NCBI GenBank assembly: GCA_964352515.1
Contig: CAYGSH010000001.1
Location: 21,756 to 84,627, forward strand
Length of the DNA: 62,872 bases
Direction of reading: 5' to 3'
DNA from: an uncultured Methylophilaceae bacterium
GTDB taxonomy: Bacteria > Pseudomonadota > Gammaproteobacteria > Burkholderiales > Methylophilaceae
Below are positions 44,452-53,364 of the stretch, one piece after another. Numbering within the stretch: the first letter of the stretch is position 1; each line of letters opens with the position of its first letter. The translations under genes were made by a program, and so were the position numbers. Below the pieces are notes generated by a model. That model was not told where the DNA came from, made no database searches, and was given only the letters and a program-made list of their open reading frames with translations.

Positions 44452-46002
44452 ATGCCTATAACACCCGTTATTTTACTTATTTTAGATGGTTTTGGTTATC
44501 GTGAAGATAGAAAAGATAATGCGATATCGCTTGCAAACACACCTAATTTGGATACATTAAAGCGAGACTATCCTAATACACTCATCAATGCTTCTGAACA
44601 CTATGTGGGATTACCCGATGGTCAAATGGGTAATTCAGAAGTTGGTCATTTAAATATTGGTGCAGGCCGTGTAGTTTTTCAAGATTTTGAGCGTATTAAC
44701 AATAGTATTAAAACAGGTGAATTTTTTGATATCCCAGTTTTAAAAGAAGAAATAGAAAAGCTAAAAGAAAATAATAAAGCACTACACATCTTAGGTTTAC
44801 TTTCTGATGGTGGTGTTCACAGTCATCAAGAACATATTTATGCCATGATTGAAATGGCAGCTAAACAAGGACTTAAAAAAGTTTATGTGCATGCTTTCTT
44901 AGACGGCAGAGACACACCCCCTATTAGTGCAGAGCCTTTTATTATTGACTTAGAAAAAAAAATTAACTCACTGGGTGTTGGCAAAATCGTCAGTGTCTGC
45001 GGCCGCTTTTATGCTATGGACCGAGATAAACGCTGGGAACGTGTGGAGCCTGCGTATCAGATGATAGTAGATGCCGCGGCTGAATATAAAGAGACCTCTG
45101 CCATTGAAGCCCTCAAAAAAGCTTATGAACGTGATGAAAATGATGAGTTTGTTAAATGCACAGTCATTCAACAACCTGATGATGCACCCACTAAGCTAGA
45201 AGACGGAGATAGTGTTATTTTTATGAATTTCCGTGGTGACCGTGCCAGAGAAATTACAGATGCAATATTGAATACTGACTTTACTGGATTTAAACGAAAA
45301 CGCGTGCCGCAACTTTCTAAGTTCTTTACTTTAACGCAACATGATCAAAACCAAAAAAGTGCAACACCTGTGTTTGCCCCCTTTACCCTCAAGAATACTT
45401 TTGGCGAACATTTACAAAACTTAGGTTTAACACAGCTACGTATTGCAGAGACTGAGAAATATCCACATGTAACCTTCTTTTTTAATGGTGGAGATGAAGA
45501 CATCTTTAAAGGTGAAGATAGAATATTAGTACCTTCGCCAAATGTTGCCACTTATGACTTACAACCTGAAATGAGCGCAGAAGAGGTAACCGACAAATTA
45601 GTTGAAGCCATTAAAGCAAAAAAATATGATGCGATTATATGCAATTATGCAAATTGTGACATGGTCGGCCATACTGGATTTTTAGATGCTGCCATCACGG
45701 CAGTTGAAACATTAGATGCATGCATTGGACGTGTTGTTGAGGCAATGCAGTCGATTGGCGGTGAAGTGATTATTACTGCTGACCATGGCAATGCGGAGCT
45801 GATGCAAGACTATAAAAATAATCAACCACACACACAACATACAACCAACTTAGTCCCCTTATTTTATATTGGACGTAAAGCATCATTAGCAGAGGATGGT
45901 GCATTATCAGATATAGCGCCGACTTTACTCAATATGATGGGTGTTGCACAGCCAATAGAAATGACAGGTAAAAATCTGATTACATTTCAATCTAACGCTT
46001 AA
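44452..46002 (+). CDS. gpmI: 2,3-bisphosphoglycerate-independent phosphoglycerate mutase
   Basis: 516 aa with LLILDGFG, NSEVGHLNIGAGR and ITADHGNAE. Confidence 0.96.
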   Translation: MPITPVILLILDGFGYREDRKDNAISLANTPNLDTLKRDYPNTLINASEHYVGLPDGQMGNSEVGHLNIGAGRVVFQDFERINNSIKTGEFFDIPVLKEEIEKLKENNKALHILGLLSDGGVHSHQEHIYAMIEMAAKQGLKKVYVHAFLDGRDTPPISAEPFIIDLEKKINSLGVGKIVSVCGRFYAMDRDKRWERVEPAYQMIVDAAAEYKETSAIEALKKAYERDENDEFVKCTVIQQPDDAPTKLEDGDSVIFMNFRGDRAREITDAILNTDFTGFKRKRVPQLSKFFTLTQHDQNQKSATPVFAPFTLKNTFGEHLQNLGLTQLRIAETEKYPHVTFFFNGGDEDIFKGEDRILVPSPNVATYDLQPEMSAEEVTDKLVEAIKAKKYDAIICNYANCDMVGHTGFLDAAITAVETLDACIGRVVEAMQSIGGEVIITADHGNAELMQDYKNNQPHTQHTTNLVPLFYIGRKASLAEDGALSDIAPTLLNMMGVAQPIEMTGKNLITFQSNA

Positions 46003-46004
46003 AT

Positions 46005-47249
46005 GTGAACAGTGCATTGATGCTCAGTTTTAAAAAAACAGGTTTTATTTATCTACTATTCTGTTGTTTATTTTTTGGTGTAAGTATATCTTTTGCAGAT
46101 AGTAAGTCAGAAGCCGCAAAAAAAGATATTAGTGGCATTAAGCAAAAAATAGATAAGATTGAAAAAAAGCTTAATCAAACAAAAGCGGAACAAATTGATG
46201 TTGCTGATGCACTTAAGAAATCTGAATCAGCCATCAGCAAAGCCAATAAGAAATTATACGAAATCAAGCAAGCGCAAAAACAAAACGAATCTAAGATTGA
46301 ATCATTACAGTCTCAGTCCATTAGCATCAACGGGAAAATTGCAAATCAACAAAAACAACTGAGCCAATTGCTCTACCAACAATATGTTCAAGGAAACCAA
46401 AGCTATACAAGGTTAATTTTAGAAAGCAAAGATCCTAACCAAATTTCACGTAACCTTAAGTATCAATCTTATATCACCAAGGCGCATACAGAGTTAATTG
46501 ATGCAATGAAAAAAAACTTAGATGAGATTAAAGAATTAGATTCTCAAGCCTCAGCTACATTGCAGCAAGTTGTGGCATTAAAAACACAACAAGAAAATGA
46601 GCGTCAAAAACTAGAAAAAGAAAAAGCAGAAAAAGCTTTAGTTTTAAAGAAATTATCAAAAGAAATTGCTGCGCAACAAGGACAAATTACCAAGTTAAAA
46701 CGTGATGAAAAAAGACTTTCTACATTGGTAGAAAAATTAGCTAGAATTGCTAAACAAAATCAAGACAAAATAAAAAAGAACATTAAAACACCATCGGAAA
46801 ATGTAATAGCGAAAAATCAGGAAACTCCAGATAATCGTTATGCTGGAAAAAGCTTTTCATCCCTTAAAGGGAAACTCCGTCTACCAGTAAAAGGTGAATT
46901 ACTGAATCGATTTGGAAACAAAAGGAAAGACAGCGGACTAACTTGGAAAGGTTTATTTATACGCGCAACTGAAGGCACATCAGTGAAAGCAGTAGCCAGT
47001 GGCCGTATTGTATTTGCTGAGTGGATGCGCGGTTTTGGTAATTTAATGATTATTGATCATGGTAGCGGGTACATGAGTTTATATGGGAACAATCAAACCC
47101 TAATAAAGAATGTTGGTGATGATGTGCAAGGTGGCGATACGATTGCGGCAGTTGGTAATACAGGCGGCAATCAAAGCAATGGTCTTTATTATGAGCTACG
47201 TAAAAAAAGCGTTCCATTTGATCCGTTATCATGGAGCAATGTTCGTTAA
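46005..47249 (+). CDS. Murein hydrolase activator EnvC-like (coiled coil plus degenerate M23 peptidase domain)
   Basis: 414 aa with a signal peptide, a long Q/K/E-rich coiled coil and a C-terminal LytM/M23 domain (MIIDHGSGYMSLYGNN...GNTGG). The start is either GTG at 46005 or ATG at about 46020. Confidence 0.8.
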   Translation: MNSALMLSFKKTGFIYLLFCCLFFGVSISFADSKSEAAKKDISGIKQKIDKIEKKLNQTKAEQIDVADALKKSESAISKANKKLYEIKQAQKQNESKIESLQSQSISINGKIANQQKQLSQLLYQQYVQGNQSYTRLILESKDPNQISRNLKYQSYITKAHTELIDAMKKNLDEIKELDSQASATLQQVVALKTQQENERQKLEKEKAEKALVLKKLSKEIAAQQGQITKLKRDEKRLSTLVEKLARIAKQNQDKIKKNIKTPSENVIAKNQETPDNRYAGKSFSSLKGKLRLPVKGELLNRFGNKRKDSGLTWKGLFIRATEGTSVKAVASGRIVFAEWMRGFGNLMIIDHGSGYMSLYGNNQTLIKNVGDDVQGGDTIAAVGNTGGNQSNGLYYELRKKSVPFDPLSWSNVR

Positions 47250-47282
47250 AACACAAAAGCTAGAAATCCAATACTCTTAAAC

Positions 47283-47312
47283 AAAAAAACGCACATAAAT
47301 GTGCGTTTTTTA
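47283..47312. terminator. Bidirectional rho-independent terminator
   Basis: aaaaaaa-cgcacat-aa-atgtgcg-tttttt lies between the convergent envC-like gene and the acidic lipoprotein gene. Confidence 0.8.
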
Positions 47313-47328
47313 TTAGGCGTTTTCTTAA

Positions 47329-47580
47329 TTATGGACGTGTTTCGCCTGGTACTAGCTCATCGTCTGAAGGTACATAGCCACCTGGCTCATTTGAAACTTC
47401 TTCAACTGCTTCTTGTGCCATTTCAGCAGCATCATCAGCCATTTCAGCAGCATCTTGTGCCATTTCCTGTGCTTCTTCCATTGTTCCATCTGCCGGTGCT
47501 GCAGCATCTTTTTCTGCACAACCGCTTAAAATAAAACCAGCTAATAAAGCTGTTAGTAATAACTTATATGTTACTTTCAT
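47329..47580 (-). CDS. Small acidic lipoprotein with heptad (xxAxEMA) repeats
   Basis: 83 aa behind a strong GGGAGA Shine-Dalgarno sequence. It has the lipobox LSGC, then EEAQEMAQDAAEMADDAAEMAQEAVEEV. I recognise no family. Confidence 0.65.
   Translation of the reverse strand: MKVTYKLLLTALLAGFILSGCAEKDAAAPADGTMEEAQEMAQDAAEMADDAAEMAQEAVEEVSNEPGGYVPSDDELVPGETRP
47396..47479 (-). repeat. Four tandem imperfect 21-nt (7-codon) repeats inside the acidic lipoprotein gene
   Basis: On the plus strand these are gccatttcagcagcatcatca (47417-47437), gccatttcagcagcatcttgt (47438-47458), gccatttcctgtgcttcttcc (47459-47479), and a more degenerate unit at 47396-47416. Confidence 0.7.
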
Positions 47581-47686
47581 TCATCTTCTCCCAAAAACTA
47601 AAAAAAACAACTACTCCCTATAAAACAATAACAAAACTATCAGTATTTGACAACGCTAAGTGTCGATTTATCTAATTTGCTGCTTA

Positions 47687-48064
47687 TTAGAACCTATTTT
47701 GTTGGTATTTTGCAGAAATCTTTCGTCCAGTTGCATAAGCTTCGATTTCATAATGACTTTTTAAATACCCTTTTCGACATGACCAAATGTATTTCACCCA
47801 ATTCATACCATTTAAGAACTGACATACATGCATCAATTCATGTCCTAACAATTCAACTCCGGCCTGCGTATTGGGTTGATAGACTAGAGGTCTAAGATAA
47901 ATGTAACACCCAAGCACAACAGCCTGCATATCGCTTCGTAACCAAAAAGGCACTTTCCCATCGACAATACGTACGCTTTCAATCACCCGATTATCAAAAT
48001 AGGGTGAAAAGATTTGTTTTTCTTGAATTGTTAATGACCGAGCATGCTTATTAAAATTTAACAA
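47687..48064 (-). CDS. DUF4157-like small HExxH protein (putative zinc metallopeptidase-like domain)
   Basis: 125 aa from a TTG start 3 nt after the yjbQ stop. The pattern is FSPYF...VESVRIVDG...LGCYIYLRPLVYQPNTQAGVELLGHELMHVCQF. Confidence 0.6.
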   Translation of the reverse strand: MLNFNKHARSLTIQEKQIFSPYFDNRVIESVRIVDGKVPFWLRSDMQAVVLGCYIYLRPLVYQPNTQAGVELLGHELMHVCQFLNGMNWVKYIWSCRKGYLKSHYEIEAYATGRKISAKYQQNRF

Positions 48065-48067
48065 AAG

Positions 48068-48490
48068 CTAGTCACCAATTAGATGCATCACAATATTACG
48101 GTTAGCAGTGATATGACGGTGTTCAAAAAGAAATACTCCTTGCCACTGTCCAAGCGCAAGCTTTCTTTGAACAATTGGAATGGATAAACTTGTTTGAGTC
48201 AGTGCTGTACGTACATGGGCTGGCATATCATCGGGGCCTTCAATGGTATGGACAAAAAGAGAGTCTCCATCTGGCACTAATCGATTGAAAAAAGCCTCCA
48301 TATCGACCAACACATCACTATCATAATTTTCATTAATTAATAAACTTGCAGAGGTATGCTGTATGTACAGAGTCAACAGGCCTGTTTCAAGCCCCTGATT
48401 ATTTGCCCATTTAAGTACTTGCGGCGTAATGTCATAAAGTTTACGACCATTTGCTTTAACTTGTAATGTTTGGGTATATTGGCGCATCAC
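48068..48490 (-). CDS. yjbQ: YjbQ/UPF0047 family protein (secondary thiamine-phosphate synthase)
   Basis: 140 aa with YDITPQV, LLTLYIQHTSASLLINEN, DDMPAHVRTAL and GQWQGVFLFEHR. Confidence 0.85.
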   Translation of the reverse strand: MMRQYTQTLQVKANGRKLYDITPQVLKWANNQGLETGLLTLYIQHTSASLLINENYDSDVLVDMEAFFNRLVPDGDSLFVHTIEGPDDMPAHVRTALTQTSLSIPIVQRKLALGQWQGVFLFEHRHITANRNIVMHLIGD

Positions 48491-48580
48491 TCTTTAATTA
48501 ATCTATAAACATTTGCTTAATTCTAAAGCAACTTATTTAACAAAGTAAATTAAGATATTATTTTTATTAACTAGTTAATA

Positions 48581-49114
48581 CTACCAAATAAAAGGATAGC
48601 CATAGTTCAAGCCCCAACCAAATCGAGATGCTGGATGAAAAGGTCGACCATAAAACATGCCAAAACGTGGAAACCAAAATGGATCATAATAACGTAGTTG
48701 CTGGAGCCGACGTTCATTATTAAGTCTTCTTAAAGCTTCAGCTTTCTCTTTTTCTGCTTTATTAATTTCTTCCGCAATATAGTTTTGCTTAGCCAACTCA
48801 TTGCTTTCTTGTATGTAATCTAAGACTTGAGTACTCACCCCTTGTTTATTCAACTCAAGTAATTCTGTTGTTGATAAGTCATAACGGGATTCACTGGTTT
48901 TTATTTTTTCAATCAGTTCTTCAGTCGTTTTACCTTGTTTTGAATCAGCTACTAACATTTCTAACGTATAAGTAGCGATTGGCGAAGGAATTAAATTTTG
49001 CAACTCTTCCGGCGAAATTCTTTTAACTTGCGCTCGCTGTGTTTCTTCAGTTGTAGCACAACCGCTGAGTAGAAATAAACTAACAATCATTGCTAAAATC
49101 ATCTTTATATACAT
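48581..49114 (-). CDS. Lipoprotein of unknown function with a central coiled coil and an aromatic/Gly/Pro-rich C-terminus
   Basis: 177 aa with the lipobox LLSGC and a C-terminal YYDPFWFPRFGMFYGRPFHPASRFGWGLNYGYPFIW. It starts 2 nt after the stop of the upstream transglycosylase gene. Confidence 0.55.
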   Translation of the reverse strand: MYIKMILAMIVSLFLLSGCATTEETQRAQVKRISPEELQNLIPSPIATYTLEMLVADSKQGKTTEELIEKIKTSESRYDLSTTELLELNKQGVSTQVLDYIQESNELAKQNYIAEEINKAEKEKAEALRRLNNERRLQQLRYYDPFWFPRFGMFYGRPFHPASRFGWGLNYGYPFIW

Positions 49115-49116
49115 GT

Positions 49117-50043
49117 TTATCTCACTTTCTTTATCACAGGTGAAGCATTTGTTAGGTGCTCATCAAAAGCATGTCGCTTTAACTGATATAGACTAAGCAC
49201 TTTATTAACATAAGCTTTAGTCTCCTTATATGGTGGAATGCCATGATGCCGATCAACAGCACCCTCTCCCGCGTTGTAAGCCGCAACTGTCAACATAACA
49301 TCTCCTCTAAAATAGGATAACAGCCAACGCAAATAGGCAACGCCACCTTTAATATTTTGGCTTGCATTATAGGCATTCTGAACATTAAAGCGTTCAGCAG
49401 TTGCTGGAATTAATTGCATCAGCCCCTGTGCATCTTTGTTCGACAATGCTGATTGTTTAAAATTCGATTCCGCAGCAATAATCGATAATACTAATTTCTG
49501 ATCAACTTGATACCATTCCGAAATCGTGTCAACTAAATTCACTACCCAACGCTTATTTTCAGGCAACTTTTCAATATAACGATCAATCGCTGGAGAACCT
49601 TTGTAAGCGCCATAATATAGGTCAGGTGCATGCTTTGGCGCAACATTGTCTAAAACGCATGGTGGCGTATCGAGTGTTCGAATTTGAATCGTTTCAAGCA
49701 TTTTTTGTGCTTCAAAATGACCATGCATGGCAGCCAGCGCAAATAAATTGGCTGCATAATGACGACTTTTTTCTACACCATTACCAAAGGCGTATAGCAT
49801 GCCTAAGCGATACATTGCTTCAGGGCTGCCGTATCTTGATGCCTCACAATAAAGGTTTGCGGCTTGCCATGTAGAATCAATATTGTATTGATTTTCAGCA
49901 AGGGTGCTTGCTTTAATCAACAGGCTTCTGATAACAACTGGCTCATGATCAAAAGTTTCTGTTTTGGTATCACTCAATGCATAGCTAGATTGCGACAATA
50001 CAGCAAACGTCATGCAAATCACTTTGCTATACCAATTTGCCAT
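49117..50043 (-). CDS. Lytic transglycosylase (SLT domain) with N-terminal Sel1-like repeats
   Basis: 308 aa with a signal peptide. It has Sel1-type repeats (EAMYRLGMLYAFGNGVEKSRHYAANLF). The SLT catalytic region is IIAAESNFKQSALSNKDAQGLMQLIPATA...AAYNAGEGAV. Confidence 0.8.
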   Translation of the reverse strand: MANWYSKVICMTFAVLSQSSYALSDTKTETFDHEPVVIRSLLIKASTLAENQYNIDSTWQAANLYCEASRYGSPEAMYRLGMLYAFGNGVEKSRHYAANLFALAAMHGHFEAQKMLETIQIRTLDTPPCVLDNVAPKHAPDLYYGAYKGSPAIDRYIEKLPENKRWVVNLVDTISEWYQVDQKLVLSIIAAESNFKQSALSNKDAQGLMQLIPATAERFNVQNAYNASQNIKGGVAYLRWLLSYFRGDVMLTVAAYNAGEGAVDRHHGIPPYKETKAYVNKVLSLYQLKRHAFDEHLTNASPVIKKVR

Positions 50044-50061
50044 ACTGTCCTTTCATATCAA

Positions 50062-52647
50062 TTAAGCTTTACTAAATACAACTTTACCTGACTTAACATC
50101 AACTGTAATCGTATCTTTTGCCACAAAATCACCAGCTAAAATTTCTTTTGCTAACGGATTCTCAATCTCACTTTGGATAGCACGTTTTAGCGGCCTTGCG
50201 CCGTAAACAGGGTCAAATCCAGCGCTTGCAATTTCTGCAATTGCAGCATCCGTAATGTTTAAAGACATATCCATAGCTTGCAACCGTTTTGCTAAATACT
50301 GCAGTTGTATATTTGCAATTTCACGCACATGATCTTCACCCAATGCATGAAAAACGACTACTTCATCAATACGGTTGACGAACTCTGGTCTAAAGTGAGT
50401 TTTCACTTCACCCATGACAGCTAACTTGACTACTTGATAATCCTGATCACTCATACTTTGTATCATCTGGCTACCAAGGTTGCTGGTCATAATAATGACT
50501 GTGTTTTTGAAATCTACTGTACGACCTTGTCCGTCAGTTAAACGTCCATCATCCAACACTTGTAACAATACATTAAATACATCGGGATGGGCTTTTTCAA
50601 CCTCATCTAATAGAATTACGGAGTATGGTCTTCTTCGCACAGCTTCAGTCAATGTGCCACCTTCCTCATATCCAACATAACCTGGAGGCGCACCTATCAT
50701 GCGTGCCACTGAGTGTTTTTCCATAAATTCACTCATGTCAATACGAATTAAATGATCTTCTGAATCAAACAAAAAGTTCGCTAATGATTTACATAATTCT
50801 GTTTTACCAACGCCGGTAGGCCCTAAAAACAAAAAACTACCATATGGACGATTAGGGTCACTTAACCCAGAACGAGATCGGCGAATCGCATCTGAAACTA
50901 GTCTCACTGCTTCATCTTGCCCCACGACGCGCTCATGCAGCTTGGCTTCCATCGTAAGCAGTTTGTCACGTTCCCCCGTCATCATCTTGCTGACAGGAAT
51001 ACCGGTTGCTCGACTCACCACTTCGGCAATCTCATCAGCACCCACTTCCGTACGTAACATTCTAGGCTTAGAATCGAGCGTCTCTACCTCAGAACTAGTC
51101 GCGTGTTTTAATTGCGCTTCTAATTGAGGCAACTTACCATACTGAAGCTCTGAAACACGTTGCCACTCGCCCTTGCGAGTTGCTTCCTCCATCTCATACT
51201 TGACTTTTTCGATGGCTTCTTTGATATGGGCAGACCCCTGTACCTGAGCTTTTTCAGCTTTCCAAATTTCTTCTAAATCAGCAAACTCTTTTTCTAATGA
51301 AGCAATTTCTTCTTCAATTAATTCAAAGCGCTTTTTACTACCTTCGTCTTTTTCACGACGAACAGCTTCACGTTCTATTTTCAATTGAATCAAACGGCGT
51401 TCTAGCTTATCCATCACCTCTGGCTTAGAATCAATTTCCATTTTGATCCGACTCGCTGCTTCATCAATCAAATCAATTGCTTTGTCGGGCAAAAAGCGAT
51501 CTGTGATATATCGATTAGACAACTCAGCTGCCGCCACAATCGCAGGGTCGGTAATTTCAACGCCATGATGTAACTCATATTTTTCTTGTAATCCACGTAA
51601 AATAGCTATCGTCGCTTCGACAGTTGGCTCATCCACTAAAACTTTTTGAAAGCGCCGTTCTAATGCTGCATCTTTCTCAATGTACTTACGGTATTCATCT
51701 AAGGTAGTCGCACCAACGCAATGCAACTCTCCTCTTGCTAAAGCAGGTTTGAGCATATTGCCAGCATCCATAGCGCCTTCCGCTTTACCCGCTCCAACCA
51801 TGGTATGAATTTCATCAATAAATACAATTGTTTGGCCTTCATCTTGCGCCAGCTCTTTAAGCACCGCTTTTAAGCGCTCTTCAAACTCACCACGGTATTT
51901 AGCGCCTGCTAACAATGCAGCCATATCGAGTGACAGTACTTTTTTATTTTTTAATGAGTCTGGCACCTCTCCATTCACAATACGTTGTGCCAAACCTTCA
52001 ACAATTGCAGTTTTACCAACACCGGGCTCACCAATTAATACTGGGTTATTTTTTGTTCGCCGTTGCAATACTTGAATTGCACGACGAATTTCATCATCCC
52101 TTCCAATAACAGGATCAAGTTTGCCTGCACGTGCGCGCTCTGTCAGGTCTAATGTATATTTTTTGAGCGCTTCTCGCTGGCCTTCTGCTTCCTGATTATC
52201 GACGCTTTCGCTTCCTCGTACTGCCATAATTGCAGCTTCAAGCGCATTCTTGGTTAAACCATTCTTTTTCAATAATTTAGTTGTCTCACCTTTATCATCA
52301 GCTAAAGCGAGCAAAAACATTTCACTGGCTATATAGGCGTCGTTACGCTTTTGTGCCAATTTATCGGTAACGTTAAGTAAGTTATTTAAATCTCGTGAAA
52401 TTGAAATATCGCCAGTACTTGCTGACTCTTTTGGCAAAGCTTCTACCGCACTGACTAAGCCAGTCTTAAGCGCACTCACCTGCACGCCAGCGTGCGCAAG
52501 CAACGCTGCGGCACTACTGTCTTCTTGATTTAATAAAGCAAGCAGTAAATGCTGTGGTTCAATCGTTGGATTATCTGCACCCAAAGCAATACTTTGCGCA
52601 TCAGATATAGCTTGTTGGAATTTGGTCGTGAGTTTATCGAAACGCAT
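50062..52647 (-). CDS. clpB: ATP-dependent disaggregase ClpB
   Basis: 861 aa with two AAA+ modules (GEPGVGKTA and GPTGVGKTE), a long middle coiled coil and an AGGAGG Shine-Dalgarno sequence. Confidence 0.98.
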   Translation of the reverse strand: MRFDKLTTKFQQAISDAQSIALGADNPTIEPQHLLLALLNQEDSSAAALLAHAGVQVSALKTGLVSAVEALPKESASTGDISISRDLNNLLNVTDKLAQKRNDAYIASEMFLLALADDKGETTKLLKKNGLTKNALEAAIMAVRGSESVDNQEAEGQREALKKYTLDLTERARAGKLDPVIGRDDEIRRAIQVLQRRTKNNPVLIGEPGVGKTAIVEGLAQRIVNGEVPDSLKNKKVLSLDMAALLAGAKYRGEFEERLKAVLKELAQDEGQTIVFIDEIHTMVGAGKAEGAMDAGNMLKPALARGELHCVGATTLDEYRKYIEKDAALERRFQKVLVDEPTVEATIAILRGLQEKYELHHGVEITDPAIVAAAELSNRYITDRFLPDKAIDLIDEAASRIKMEIDSKPEVMDKLERRLIQLKIEREAVRREKDEGSKKRFELIEEEIASLEKEFADLEEIWKAEKAQVQGSAHIKEAIEKVKYEMEEATRKGEWQRVSELQYGKLPQLEAQLKHATSSEVETLDSKPRMLRTEVGADEIAEVVSRATGIPVSKMMTGERDKLLTMEAKLHERVVGQDEAVRLVSDAIRRSRSGLSDPNRPYGSFLFLGPTGVGKTELCKSLANFLFDSEDHLIRIDMSEFMEKHSVARMIGAPPGYVGYEEGGTLTEAVRRRPYSVILLDEVEKAHPDVFNVLLQVLDDGRLTDGQGRTVDFKNTVIIMTSNLGSQMIQSMSDQDYQVVKLAVMGEVKTHFRPEFVNRIDEVVVFHALGEDHVREIANIQLQYLAKRLQAMDMSLNITDAAIAEIASAGFDPVYGARPLKRAIQSEIENPLAKEILAGDFVAKDTITVDVKSGKVVFSKA

Positions 52648-52726
52648 TTCAAACCTCCTAAAATAATATAATTTAATTACTTATATAATGTGGATGATTT
52701 GATGATTTTCAATAGTCTTATTTAGA

Positions 52727-52757
52727 ATATGGTTATTGATAATATAAAACTTCAAGG
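52727..52757 (-). promoter_or_regulatory. Candidate sigma-32 (heat-shock) promoter of clpB
   Basis: The minus strand reads CCTTGAA, a 16-nt spacer, then aaCCATAT. The consensus is CCCTTGAA-N13-17-CCCCATNT. It lies about 80 nt upstream of the clpB ATG. Confidence 0.45.
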
Positions 52758-52776
52758 AAATCGATTAAGTTAGTCT

Positions 52777-53283
52777 TTACGCATATGCTGGGGCTTCTCT
52801 TTTACCTGTTTTCAACCAAGTGAGTTGTAATACTTTAGCATCTGCACTTGCCCGGTGACGGCTTATTTGAAACTCATCTAAAATTGATTGCTTTGTTTCA
52901 TGCCATACTGACTGTTGATAGGGCGTCAGCACATTACGTAAATCTTCAAGTTTAAAATGCGGCACCACTTTCGCTTCTTCAAACAAGCAATTTAACCAAG
53001 TAAAATCATGCAGCCAACCATCAGAGTAAATGGTTTGTCGATCAAAAACTTCGTTCAAATGATCCGCTACCATTCTAATGCTTCTACCATGGGTAAATAG
53101 TTGTTCACGTTTAATATGATGCAACTTCTCTGCTACGGAGTTCCAATGACTCCATGATTGACATGGCGTAATTAATGAACACCACGGCTTGCCATGTCGA
53201 TCTACATAGCCAACTTCAATGGGGTAACTACCTTTCCCAAAGCCAGATGCTTCTATATCAATGATAATTGGTGGCGCTATCAT
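52777..53283 (-). CDS. DEDD-type 3'-5' exonuclease domain protein
   Basis: 168 aa. The N-terminal IIIDIEASG (ExoI motif) and the C-terminal HRASADA (ExoIII-like H-x4-D) fit this fold. Confidence 0.65.
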   Translation of the reverse strand: MIAPPIIIDIEASGFGKGSYPIEVGYVDRHGKPWCSLITPCQSWSHWNSVAEKLHHIKREQLFTHGRSIRMVADHLNEVFDRQTIYSDGWLHDFTWLNCLFEEAKVVPHFKLEDLRNVLTPYQQSVWHETKQSILDEFQISRHRASADAKVLQLTWLKTGKREAPAYA

Positions 53284-53364
53284 ATTGGATTCCTAGTTTA
53301 TTTAATGCTATACCCAAAATGCCAGCCTGTCATGCCATTTAACAATCACTGATATGCATCAAGT

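Noticed and set aside
47301-47534. A 77-aa plus-strand ORF (His/Leu/Gln-rich) overlapping the acidic lipoprotein gene.
   Set aside because: It is the mirror frame of the 21-nt repeats. The minus-strand ORF has a strong GGGAGA Shine-Dalgarno sequence, a lipobox and a terminator, while the plus-strand ORF starts inside the terminator.
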